From assembly GCF_009914755.1 (NCBI RefSeq), contig NC_060946.1: a DNA stretch of 64,000 bases; one strand, 5' to 3'. The position numbers and the translations under genes were made by a program. The notes under the pieces are model-generated. The model made no database searches. It was not told the origin of the DNA and saw nothing but the letters and a program-made list of their open reading frames with translations. Of the stretch, positions 1 through 13,587 are shown piece by piece (the stretch's first letter is position 1; each line of letters starts with the position of its first letter). This DNA comes from the human T2T-CHM13v2.0 reference genome, Homo sapiens.

Positions 1-234
1 CCAACACTTTGGGAGGCCGAGGCGGGTGGATCACAAGGTCAGGAGTTCAAGACCAGCCTGGCCAACATGAAGAAACCACGTCTCTACTAAAAATACAAAA
101 AATTAGCTGGGCACCTGTAATCCCAGCTACTTGGAGGCTGAGGCAGGAGAATCGCTTGAACCCAGGAGGTGGAGGTTGTAATGAGCCGAGATCTCACCAC
201 TGTACTCCAGCCTGGGCAAGCGAGACTCTGCCTC

Positions 235-262
<28 letters not shown>
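1..262 (+). mobile_element. Alu (AluS-type), cut by the window start
   Basis: Alu left and right arm sequence, linker TACTAAAAATACAAAAAATTAGC, poly(A) at 235-262. Confidence 0.95.
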
Positions 263-265
<3 letters not shown>

Positions 266-333
266 AGCGACAAGACTGACTGATGATGGGAGAAAGGAAC
301 TATTCAGGGAGGGAGATGGGAGACAGAGTGCAG

Positions 334-480
334 TTTCACAAACATATACTGAATACCCACTGAGTGCCAGAAACTGTGCTAGGCAGGACATACAAAATGG
401 AATTTGACCCCATTGCTACCCTTTGGGGAGCCTGAAGTTTAGCAGGGAGACGAGACATATAAGCAGATAGTCAACCGTAC
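334..480 (-). mobile_element. L2 3'-end fragment
   Basis: Degenerate match to the reverse complement of the L2 terminus (acaaacatatactgaatacccactgagtgccagaaactgtgctagg). Confidence 0.55.
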
Positions 481-1377
481 ATTCAGGGTTGGAGGCTGGC
501 AGTGGAGGGGAGGGGTATGAGGTGGGGAAGAGGAAGAGGGAGGTGCTCTCCACCAGTCCCTGAAGGCACACTGAGGATAAAGATCCTCCTTCTAGGTGGC
601 AGGTGGCAGCTGTCCTGCCACGTGAGTGTCAGGGGCCCTGGGAATGCCTTTTCAGCATGCCCTGGCTCCACGCAACCCTCCCAAATAAACGCCTTCCAGC
701 CCAGACAAGCAGGAAGTGTGCTGGGCTGGCGGATGGACTGACGCTCGCACATGCAGGCACATGCACAGGAAACTGAACTGCTGGGCAGGTTATTTTCGTT
801 TTTCCCTTTCCACCACCACTGGAGCAATCAGTGACATTCCTTTCCCTCCTAAACACACAGGTTTGTGTACCAGAGCCTGGCAGGAAGTGAAGAAATCCCC
901 TTTGGAAGAGCAGCAGCGGCCTCTATCCCGTGGCCTCCTCCCTCATTCCTGGGGTGGCTGCCTGGGGCCTCCCAGTGCTGTGGCCTTGGTGGCTTTTCTC
1001 CTCTTTTTCTGACTGTTCCGGGAAAGGGGAGGGATGGGGGAGAACCTGGTTCAGACCTCTTTTTGGAATCACAGTGCCTTTGGCCCTCCACTGCCTAGCT
1101 CTCTCCAGCCTCAGCTCAGTTCTTAGAATGATGTCGTAGCAGGAAGTGGTTGGGGAAAGGGTGGTGAGAGGTGGCAGACACAGGAGGAGAGAAGAGGTTC
1201 CCAGGTCCGAGAGAAAACACCAGAGGGGAGAATCCAGAGAGGACTCAGAGGTGAAACTGTGCCTTTTGACAGTGACATTCCTTCCTTCAAAACACTTTTC
1301 CTAAGAAAATTAAGAAGGCAAGGACAAGGGACCCAGAATCCTCCCTAAAGCCAGACAATAATTAAATGAGAGCTAAG

Positions 1378-1670
<293 letters not shown>

Positions 1671-3604
1671 TTAAACTTGTCTGCTTTAATAATTTACTCT
1701 ACAAGTAATACGTGCTTTCGTGTGTGTTTAAAGCTTGTGAGGCTGGATGATATTTCTGAAACGTTAATTGGTAATTGTTTCCACCTGGTATGTCCTTTCT
1801 CTTGAGACCCTTCTCCATTTGAGCCAGTGGGCTGCTCTGTGGCTACTGCTTTGGGAAAGGGACGTAACTGCTCCCTGCCCTCTGCTTTTGTTTCCAAAAC
1901 CCAAGTTCTTAGGAAAACCAAAACAACTCTTGGCATAGGAGACAACAGATTTGGGAGAAATACGGTATGTAAGAGCAGGGCTTCTCACCTCTGAGATGAG
2001 ACAAGAATTCCCTGTCTGGGGGAAAGGGGAAAAGTGGAGGTAAATCCACAGAAGGGGATATTTTGGGGGTTGGGGTGGGGTGGGGAGCTGTACCCCACTT
2101 CTGGCACGTGAGCCTTGGAATAAGGAACAAGTCCCAAGGAGATTCAGGCAAGGAGGGGACCTGCACATTACTTCCTGGTAGAACTATGTCACTGGAGAAG
2201 CAGCAGGACCCTAGAGTGGAAGTGGCTGCTTGAAACGTCCAGGTGGATGGAGCCGCGGAAAGGGTGCCTACTGAGGTATGAGAATAGCAGGAAGATTCCC
2301 GTGCATCCAGGAAGAGCACAGAGCAGTGGAGATGCATGGAATGGATCCCTGGCTCAACAGCAACCTGTGTGGACCATCAGCTGAGCATCTAGTGATGGAC
2401 ATCTCCATGAATGCCATTTGGATCAATAACATTGGTGTTTCCTCCCACTGTCTTGGAACTAACTCAAGCTCCAAAAGTCTGGCGCAACTCTAGGAGAAGG
2501 GGAGGGAACCCCAAACTGACTTTTGTTCATGCTGGTGCTTAAAATAGAAAATGAACCTTAGAAAAATCCACTTACATTTCTTGCATCTGAGTCCCCCTGG
2601 GAAGGTGGATGGAGAACCTGACTCATAAGGTCGCTTATTTAGTGTTGGCAGTTTCCATAAATATTTACACCTGAGTTTTAAACATCCGGCTAGCGCTTCT
2701 TTGTGCTAGATCTTTTTTTGGGGTAATAGAGGGATAAAGAAGGAGCAGATGTGTTATAATAGGTGCTCCAAGAAGATTGCAAATACAGCGTTATGGGAGC
2801 AGGAGGATGTTGAGAAAGTCTTTCCAGGCCCTGCAAACTATGAGTAAGGGTTTTCTCGGGTTTGAGTCAAGGATTGAGGCACTTCTGATTTGACTGGCTT
2901 TGTGAGCAGAGACTGAGAAACAATGAAACAGTGGAAAGAATGGAGGCAGATATTGCAGAAATACAAGAATAGCAAATGGCAAGGCCCCCTCTCCCTCTGT
3001 GGTTCTGTTTTGGATGAGATATTCCAGATGGAGCAGCTGAAGTGAGTGGAGACCTGTTTGGCTTGTGGAAGAGGTTTTGGTTCTGTATGGAGAGTAAAAA
3101 GCCATCAGGTTAAGAGACAAGGGCTGGCTCCCCTGAAGCCCCCTGCCTTCGCTGGTTGCTGGGAACCAAGTGAAACTCTCTTGAACTTGAGTCAGCTTGA
3201 ATACAGGTCTGTGTGTCCCTGTAACTGCCAAAGGCTTGGGGGCTTGTCTGGTCACCTGTTTTATGTGTCTGGGTTTTACCTCTCCTACTTATATTCTATG
3301 TCATGAGAAAACTGGCCTTTGGTCTTGGAAGACACCACCCAGAATGCCCCTCTGCATGTCTATGAGTTCCAAATCCAAGGGGGTCAGCAGAGGAGGGACC
3401 CAGGGATCTCCAGAAGGCCTCTTGGTGTTCTTTTCTCGGAGCCTACTGTGGGCTCCTCTTCCAAGGCTACAGGCATATGAGGTAGGGACAGAGATCCTGG
3501 TGGCATCTGAGATGATGTTTGGTGATGCTTGAAAATAGCATCAACAGACTGAATCATATGCTGAGAAAGTTATTTCCTTTTCAGTGAATTTTCTAGCTTT
3601 GAGA

Positions 3605-4326
<722 letters not shown>

Positions 4327-4709
4327 AGCTTTTGAGACTCTATTAAGGAGAGTCTTAGTTTGGTTCCTGTGCTCTTTCAACACCTCCCCAATATTAGCAA
4401 ACCTCCCACTTTCCTGGAGAGCTTGGAGCCCATAGCAAGCAAGAGTATCCAGCATGAATTCAATAATATTGCTTTGTTCTTGTGTTTTTTATGGTTATTT
4501 TCTTTTGTCAGGAGATACTGGTTTTCCATTTATGGTAGTCATCAGTTTCTTTGAAAATAGGTTTATTGAAGATAAAACTTAAAAATATCAATAATTATAT
4601 GAATTACAGTATACACAGTACATAAATATGGTAAAAATTGTAAAGGTTGTGACCAACGATTGAAGTTTGGGAAACCCGGACTTAAAGTTTTGGCCCCAGT
4701 GAAAATCCT

Positions 4710-4960
4710 GCCCTTAGTAGTTTAATGGAAAGAGCACAGCATTGGTTAGAAATATCTGCATTTGAGACTTGGCATTGTAAAGCCCTGTTTGGCACATATT
4801 AGCTACATGACCATGGGCAGGTTGATTAACCTCTCAAAGCCTCAGTTTCATTAGCTGTAAAATGGGAACGTACTACCTCTTGAGGTTGCTGAAAGATTAA
4901 ATGACATCACACACACAGAGTATACGCTGAGCTCAGAGCCTGGCTCACAGCAAACAACTA
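4710..4960 (+). mobile_element. MIR
   Basis: MIR core aacctctcaaagcctcagtttcattagctgtaaaatggg followed by aagattaaatga. Confidence 0.7.
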
Positions 4961-5172
4961 AGATGGACAATTATGATTTTTGTTGTTGTCCAAGAAGCAC
5001 CTCTTTTACTCTGAGGTGCCACACAACAGTCATTGGCCACTCATACCAATGAATGTGCATTTTACATTTTCTCCCTGCAGGGAGTTTGGATGGGCACAAA
5101 GTAAAACAAAGAGGCCCCTGGATGTGAAGGAGTGTATGAAATTAGGAAACAAGTATCTCCTGACCACCTATT

Positions 5173-5555
5173 ATAGTTGATTGTATCATCGTTCCTAATT
5201 CTTCACCCCTCTCTGTATCAATACCTGTTGTCAGGTGACTTGATAGTTTCTTCCACTAGAGGCGGAGTATACTTCCCCTATCCCTAATTCTGGGCTTGGT
5301 CATGTCGCTTATTTTGGCCAATGGGCTGGTAGCAAACGTGACACAAACAGTGGCTTAAAATGTGCTTGTGAATTTGGGTATGACCCTCTTGTACTGCTGC
5401 AGTTAGCCATGTCCTGGCTAGCTTGCTGGTCCACTCAGCGCCAGGCCTAGAGCAGCCAATTCCCATCTGACCTGTGAGAGCAAGAATAATTATTTTTTAA
5501 GCCGCCGAGCTTTGGGATGGTTTATTATGTTTCAAAATTGTGACAATAGATGTTA
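5173..5555 (+). mobile_element. MLT1-family (ERVL-MaLR) solo LTR
   Basis: MLT1-like motifs gggcttggtcatgt..ttggccaatggg and the 3' end ttttaagcc..gggatggtttattatg..caatagat. Confidence 0.65.
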
Positions 5556-6312
5556 ATGACCCCTAGTATGTACTGAGTACAGGCATTTTCGTATAGTCTA
5601 TTTAATTTCATCTTCAAACATCCCCATTTACTAATGAGGAAATTGAGACTTTGAGAAAGCCCTCCTGGTCCAAGATCACACAGAAAGGAAACAGCTGAGC
5701 TTGGAGGCAACCCTGTTCCAACTCCCAGAACATGCTCTTCTTACTACACCACGGAAGAATGGGGTGGTGGGAGGCGGAACACAACAAAACTAGCTTCGCG
5801 GCTGGGCCCAAGGCTGGTCCCATCTAGAGTCATCTTTGAGACCACAAGAGCCAACATCATAAATCTAGAATTGTGACAACACAGGATGACTCAGGCAGGG
5901 GGTGGCCGGACAGGGAAGCCCTGGTGAGGGGCTGGTTGGTTATAAAACCTCAGTCTAAATAGGGACAGGGCGGTAACATTAGTAGACAGGGCTGGGCCAC
6001 AGAATCGGGTGGTTTAGGACAAATAATGACTTGAAATTTATTTTGGAAAATATTTTCCCAAGTGTCTCACTGGGCCTTGTGGGAATGAGAAAATCAGTGG
6101 GGAAAAAGCCAGGAGAAAAAGCTGATGAGGCTGAGAAGGGGCTCATGACTAGTAGGCTTTGATTTCATAAAATTCAGAGCATTAGATGTTCCTGGAGGTG
6201 AACTCTTACTCATGCTATAGAACTCTTCCCCCAATTCCCCCGCTCTGTGAGTTATCCCATCATAAGACAGACGCAATCTCAAATTTCTCTATTCATTCTC
6301 CAACAGTTATGA

Positions 6313-6762
<450 letters not shown>

Positions 6763-8008
6763 TAATGCTAAGCAGAATATGCTCCTACTCTTTCCCATTA
6801 CACAAATGAAGGAGAAAAACAGAGGCCCAGAGATATGAACTACAAAGCCCAGGCTCACACAGCTGGTCAGAGGCAGGGTTGGAACTCTAATTTGAGAGAG
6901 TATGCTCTGACTCACTATGCCGCGTGTTTACTGTACAGCGCTGTGACAATCTGAGTCTCTTATTAAATGAGATAATGCATGCCAAGCACTTAGCTTCTTG
7001 CCCAGCATTAGAGACGGCCAAAAATATTACAATACCAAGTATTCTTATGCTGATATGAATTTTATTTTATTACCTTATAACAGCTGCTTCCCCAGTCCTC
7101 CTTAGAGAGGAAAGTCTTTGTGGGGAACATACTTAGCGACTGGAATAGAAGGTCAGTCACTTGAGGGTCTGGGGTCAGCTGCAGCCAAGTCCTCATGGGT
7201 GGGAGGGACTGGGGAGAAGAAATTGGAGATCTTGGCCAACTGTGAGGGGTCTGAGGAGTAGAGATGGAAGAGCACAGAAGGCCAAGAAGACAGACAAGGG
7301 CTCTGTATTGTGAGATAAGACTCCCTTCTTGGGACCTCACTAAGGAGGTCAGTGAGTCTACTAAACACACTGCTCTTGGTAGGAGACATTTTCGCTTGTG
7401 GCGGGAGAAAGAGAAGCCACTGAACTTGATGCCAGCATTGATGTGTGTGGGGTGATGGCCATGGGGGAGTCAGTGCCCCAGAGGAAGTTCAGAAGAAGAT
7501 GAGCCCACCAGTGATTAGCAAGAATCTGAGAAAGGCCAGGGAATTTTCCTTGAGTTAGGAGGTCTCCAGCTGGCCTCTGGGTAGGGTTGTTATTTTCGAT
7601 GGTGTGGCTAACATTCTTGCCCCTCTCCATGATATGCATGTTTCTGGAGCACACAGGTGGGGCATGATCGCTCCTCTGGCTCCCCCAGGGCCAGCTCAGT
7701 GAGAAGTCAGGAAGCCTTGGATGCATGCTTGAATGAATGAATGAATGAATGAAAAGGCTTTAAACTGAGGATGGCCCATGCTTGCTCAGATATACATCAA
7801 CTCAGCCACGCGTGATACCCCATCATCAGAGGATGCTTTAGACATCTCAGTTCGCCATGTTCCTAACCTACACCCTGCTTCCCAAACTGCTACTGATGCT
7901 GCAACCAACTCCATCTCTGGGTTGATCCCTCAGATTTACATTAGGGGATGGTGACATATGGGCCTCGTGGCTGCCCTTTCCTCCTCCTCACTTGGGCTGA
8001 CATTAGAG

Positions 8009-8194
8009 CAGTGTGGTTCCACCATGAGCCAATGTGTGGAGACATTCTTGGTTTTCACAATGAGGGGAATTGCTACTGGCATCTAGCGGGTAGAAGCCAG
8101 GGATGCATCTAATCCTAGAATGCACAGGCTAGCCTCCTGCAACAAAGAATTAGCCTATCCAAAACGTTAATAGTGCCAGAGTTGAGAGGCTCTG
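8009..8194 (+). mobile_element. MER20 (hAT-Charlie)
   Basis: MER20 body ggagacattcttggtt..tgctactggcatctag..gccagggatgc, with a perfect 8-bp TSD CATTAGAG at 8001-8008 and 8195-8202. Confidence 0.85.
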
Positions 8195-10796
8195 CATTAG
8201 AGTGTCATGGTTCAGAGCACACTCACTGGAATTTAAGAGGACTGGTTTGATTCCAGACTCTGCCACTTAGGTTGAGACAGAGATGATAATTGTATTTACC
8301 CGTAGGGTCATCAAAATAATTAAATTGGGTCTATCAACAACCAACTTCTGCCATCTCCTCCCCGCTAGTCCCCACCAAAATGCACACACTCAATTTAGAA
8401 CAGCCGGCCAGATTTCACCATGGCCCAGGAACAGAACTCGTATGGGTTCTCAGGCCCAGCAGGTTCTTTGTTCCACGAGCCATGACATGCTTCAGTCCTT
8501 CCACGCTAAGGGCATCTTTCCCACACCTAAGTCTGCGATGCAAGTTTTTTTTTTTTTGGAAAAAAAAAAGTTTTCTTTTTTGGAAGAAAACAAAGAAACA
8601 AAGTTTCTTTGTTGGAAATGGCTAATTGTTTTGCTTTCATCGTCTCAACTGGGGAGTTGGGTTTGAGGTAACAAAGTTGTGAATGCAAATGGTTATATGC
8701 AACTAGGCAAATCAGATTTATATAAAAATCTAATTTTACTAAAGGGAACACTTTCTGGTAGGGGGTGGGGGACCAGCAGCTCAATTCTATGAAGCAGAAG
8801 GTCAGTTCCTCGGAATTTATGCTATAAAAACTTAATGCACATCCACAGAATGTCAGAGGAAGTGATGTCAGAGACCATTTTGTCAAACCCCCTTTGAGAA
8901 ATTGACGCCCAAAGGGAGGGGAAACTTCCTCAGGGTCACTCCCTAGTTAGCGGCAGAGAGGAGATCAGAACCGAGAGGTCCTGACGCCCTGTCCAGGCTG
9001 GCTCCACCCCACAGAATTGCCTCTCCCTAAGGGAAATCCCTATGAGCTTAGGTGTCGAGGAAAAGATGACTTCTCCCTACGTTTTCAGTTCAAACCTCAC
9101 AGTCAATAAGAATTTAATGTTCAGAATCATCTCTTGCAATGGGGCTTTCATTGCACGTGTTTTTTTCTTCTCTTGGCCTAGAGGCAATATTAAAGTAATT
9201 CCCTCTGTGGGTGCTTTGCTCCATATGTAAACACATGTCTACCATCTATACACAGGCACATGCATTTGTCATTTCTTCCCAGAATGACTTAATGATTTCC
9301 ATGTAACGAATATGTTGCAGCTGTTGGTTTTCTTGAGGCTGAAGCACTCAGAAAATCATCAGTTATCAAATTGCTTTCCCATCACTGTTTTTCCCAAACT
9401 GGACAAATTTTCTCCCCCTTTCCTTAAAAGAAAAAAAAAAAAAGGTATGATGGGCCAAGATGATGCCCCTTAGGCTTTAGAATTTTTTATCAATGGCAAA
9501 ATCACGGCTAAAATATCCCTATCAGTTATTTTCTGAAGTTGATGTCTGCCTTACCTTTAAAAACAAAGGCTTGTGCTGCCAATGAAAAATGAAACAAACA
9601 AAAAAGGTTTACAAGAAAAGCATGAAAAGGAGGTTAGAAAACAAGGTAAGAAAAAAATGCTAGGGCTTCATTTCCAGCCAAACCCAGAGTCCTTTATGGG
9701 AGGGGCTGCAGGGACCAGGCTCATGGTGTATTTTTGGGGAAGCTTCTTTGGAGGAGAATTTTAGTTTGCTCACACATGGCAGCCAGCTTCCAGTCAGAAG
9801 ATGCAGGAGGTGAAAAGTTGGGGGTCAGGAGGTAGGAAGTGGCTCTGGGGAAGACAGTGTGTTGAGTTAACGGGATCAGGAAGACTCGGGTCCAAATTCT
9901 CATAGCCATTTAGTAGCTTTGTAACTTTGAGAAAATGGTTCAACTTCTCTGAATCTCAATTTTTAAACTCCACATACAGAGCCTTTTCTCATTGGGTACT
10001 GAGGATTAGAATGAATGCCCAATAAAGGTATCTCCTCTCTCTCCCTGCTTCCTTTCCAGCCTTTTGAAGTCTGAACTCTGGCTGACAGAACGTAAGAGGT
10101 AGGTGTGTTCTGTGAACACGTGCCACTGCACCATTAGTTCCTGCCTGGCCTTGACCCCAACACGTTCTCTGCTTACCTGGACCAGGGACAGAAGAAGATC
10201 TTCCTGCTATAATGCCAGGGCCCAGTACCCACACTGGGGGCCTGTGGTGCCCAAGGTGTCTCCAGCCAGGCCTATGCCTGAGAGTTAAGAGAGGACACAG
10301 CAACAAGGTAAGTCGGCCCAGAGCAGCCTGGACCTGCCAGGTTGCCTAAAGCCCTTTTTGTCTGTTTCATTTCCTCCATCCCACCCTGACACCCACTCCC
10401 CTCCCTCCACTTTCTCAGTTCCTTGGTCCTGGCAGTTTTTCTTGTCTGGACTGTACTACTACTCTCAACTCCAGCCTGCTCACTCTGCCACATGTGTCTT
10501 CTCAAAGCCTGGCTCCAGTCATACCTGATTGTAAAACATAAATCTGTCAATGGCGACCTCCTCAAGTGATCCCCCAAATCAAGTTCCTTGGCTCTGCCTC
10601 CAAAGCCTCCTGTGGTCTGGCCCCAGCCTTATCTTCTGCTGGTCCTTTTCCTGTCCCCTACATGCCACCCAGACGGGACAGCTTGTCCCCTGCCTACGTG
10701 GCTCAGAGCCTTTGCCCTGGCTGGGTCACTCTTGGAGGTACTTCCGTCTCTCTCCACACCGAGATCTCATTCATGTCCATATCCAGCTCAGAGACC

Positions 10797-10899
10797 CTCA
10801 CAGAAGTGTGAACCCTACTGTGAACTGCACATGCAAGGGAACTAGGTTGAACGCTCCTTATGAGAATGTAATGTCTGATGATCTGTCATTGTCTCCCAT
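10797..10899 (+). mobile_element. Orphan internal MER1A fragment
   Basis: Aligns to 11749-11851 of the neighbouring MER1A. No terminal inverted repeats and no TSD. Confidence 0.8.
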
Positions 10900-11203
10900 G
10901 CATGCTTCCCAGCATGCCTGCCTAGCCCCATTCCACGTGTTCGGCAGCCATTTGCTGCTGCTACTCTGGGCTGGGGCCAGGCTCCACCCCTTGATATTCT
11001 AGGTGCTTGTCCCTTTCTCTCCTGACATTTACCATGTTCTATGTCCTTTTGTAGTTACTTGTGTATATGTCACATTTCTTCTACTGTTGTCAGCTCTTCT
11101 AGAGCAGGAAAGGAAGCCTCATGCATTTTCCCCTAAGCTACAGGGCAAGCATAGAATAATGGAAGAAATTAAGACTTGAAATCACATGACCTGGGCTCAA
11201 AGC

Positions 11204-11550
11204 TGCTATGGTTTGAATGGATGTGTCCCTCCAAATTTATATGTTGTAGCTTAAACCCCAAGGTGATGGTATGAAGAGATGGGGCCTTTGGGAGGCTTCA
11301 GAGAGCTGCTTGGCTCTTCCATGTCTCATGCTATGTGAAGACACAGTGTTCATTTCTTTTATGCCACTTCTGCTGCATGGTGACAGAGCAAGAAGTACCC
11401 TCTTTGAGGCAGAGCGTCCTCACCAGACACTGAACCTGTTAGCACCTTGAACTTGGACTTCCCAGCCTCCAGAACTATGAAATACATTTCTATTCTTTAT
11501 AAATGACCCAGTCTGAGGTATTTTGTCACAGCAGCAGGAATGGACTAAGA
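11204..11550 (+). mobile_element. MaLR LTR (MLT1A/MST-like) inserted in a MIR
   Basis: Starts TGCTATGGTTTGAATG, contains cttggacttcccagcctccagaact, ends GACTAAGA(CA). Degenerate 5-bp TSD aaagc/aaacc at 11199 and 12104. Confidence 0.85.
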
Positions 11551-12093
11551 CAGGGGTCTCCAACCCCTTGGCCACAGACTGTGGCCTTGGTACCAATCTG
11601 TGACCTGTTAGGAATTGGGCCGCACAGCAGGAGGTGAGCAGCAGGTGAGCCAGTGAAGCTTCATCTGTATTTATAGCCCATTTATACCCCATTGCTCGTA
11701 TTACCGCCCGCACTCTGCCTCCTGTTAGATCAGTAGCGGCATTAGATTCTCATAGGAGCGTGGACCCTATTGTGAACCATGCATGCAAGGGATCTAGGTT
11801 GCATGCTTCTTATGAGAATCTAATGTCTGATGATCTGTCATTGTCTCCCATCACCCCCAGATGGGACCGTCTAGCTGCAGGAAAACAAGCTCAGGGCTCC
11901 CACTGATTCTACATTAGGGTGAGTTGTATAATTATTTCATTGCATATTGTGATGTAATAATAACAGAAATAAGGTGCACAATAAATGTAATGTGCTTGAG
12001 TCATCCTGAAACCATCCCTCCCCATCCCTGGTCAGTGGAAAAATTGTCTTCCACAAAACTAGTCCCTGGTGCCAAAAAGGTTGGGAGTCGCTG
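11551..12093 (+). mobile_element. MER1A (hAT-Charlie), full length
   Basis: TIRs CAGGGGTCTCCAACC and GGTTGGGAGTCGCTG, perfect 8-bp TSD GACTAAGA at 11543-11550 and 12094-12101. Confidence 0.93.
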
Positions 12094-13271
12094 GACTAAG
12101 ACAAAACCCCAGCTTCACCACTTCATGACCATTGGAGAACTAATCTCCCTAAGCCCAGTTACCCACTCTACTTGTAAAACAGGGGTGCAGGATTATTGTG
12201 AAAATGAGAGGATATGGTCTCTGGGAATGCCTGCTGTGTGGTAGATGCACAAAAACCAGTAAGTGTCCTTCCTTTAGCAAGGGGTTTTGAACGGCTCATA
12301 ATACTACCGTCTACTGTTTCACAAGTATATCCTTCCATTCTGCAAATTTCTGCAGGGCAGGCCTCATGTCCCCTTTCAGCACAGTGGTTATGAGTCAAAC
12401 ATGTTGAGCTCCATTTCTCCATTTCTGACTCTCTCACTTACTTGCTGCTTGACCCTAGGCTAAAGAAGCCTCAGTTTGCTCATCCATAAATTGGGAAAAA
12501 TAACATAATCTACCTTACAGACTGTTGAAAGGATTAAGCGACATGATGTATATCAAGTGCTTGGTTCGTGGTAAATCTCAACAAATATGAGCTGCTGTAT
12601 CAGGATAGTGCTTTTGAAACATGATGCAGAAAGAGCTCTCCTTTGCATCTCCTTGGATGGAAACTTACCCAGCATGTGCTTGTCTTGGGGAGGTTGAGGT
12701 TTGAGGTGTTAGCAAAGCAGAGTGGTAGCGGATCGATAGTCAATGTTTAACATTCAGAGTAGGACTTTTTGAGTCTGTAAAAGGAGTCTTGTCTTAAGCA
12801 AAATCAGAATTTCTAAATTATTTTAGCTGCTATTGACTTAGAGGGAGCAGGACATAGTTTTTTGTTGTTGTTGTTTTGTTTTTTTGTTTGTTTTTTCTTT
12901 TACTGGATAGAGCAGCTACCTCTTCTATTCAGGCTGAGCAAGAGGCTGAATGCCCGTAGGAGGAAGACGGGATGTAGGGACGTCCATACCAGAGACAACA
13001 AAGAAGAAAGCTTTTCACTGCAGGGCATTGTGGGAGGGAGACAGGGAGAGAGGGGAAGAGAAGTGAGAAGCCCCTGTGTCCATGAGGTCTCTGAGCTGAA
13101 GCATTAGCTAAGGGCACCTTGTTGGGTGGAGAAGAAAGCTGGCAAGGTGGGTGGGGAGCTTCTGCCCCATTCTGGCTTGGAATTCTGGGAAGAGATCCCC
13201 TCCCAGGCATCCCCCTCCCTACCTACTCAGCATCAGTCTCAGCCTGAGAGACTCTGCATTTGCCCTCCTGA

Positions 13272-13587
<316 letters not shown>

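Noticed and set aside
2278-2493. Coding-looking ORF, possible pseudogene fragment
   Set aside because: I recognise no homology, and there is no poly(A), TSD or splice support. A BLASTX search would be needed.
11741-11824. Hairpin as a possible pre-miRNA
   Set aside because: It is the intrinsic MER1 internal inverted repeat, with no evidence of processing.
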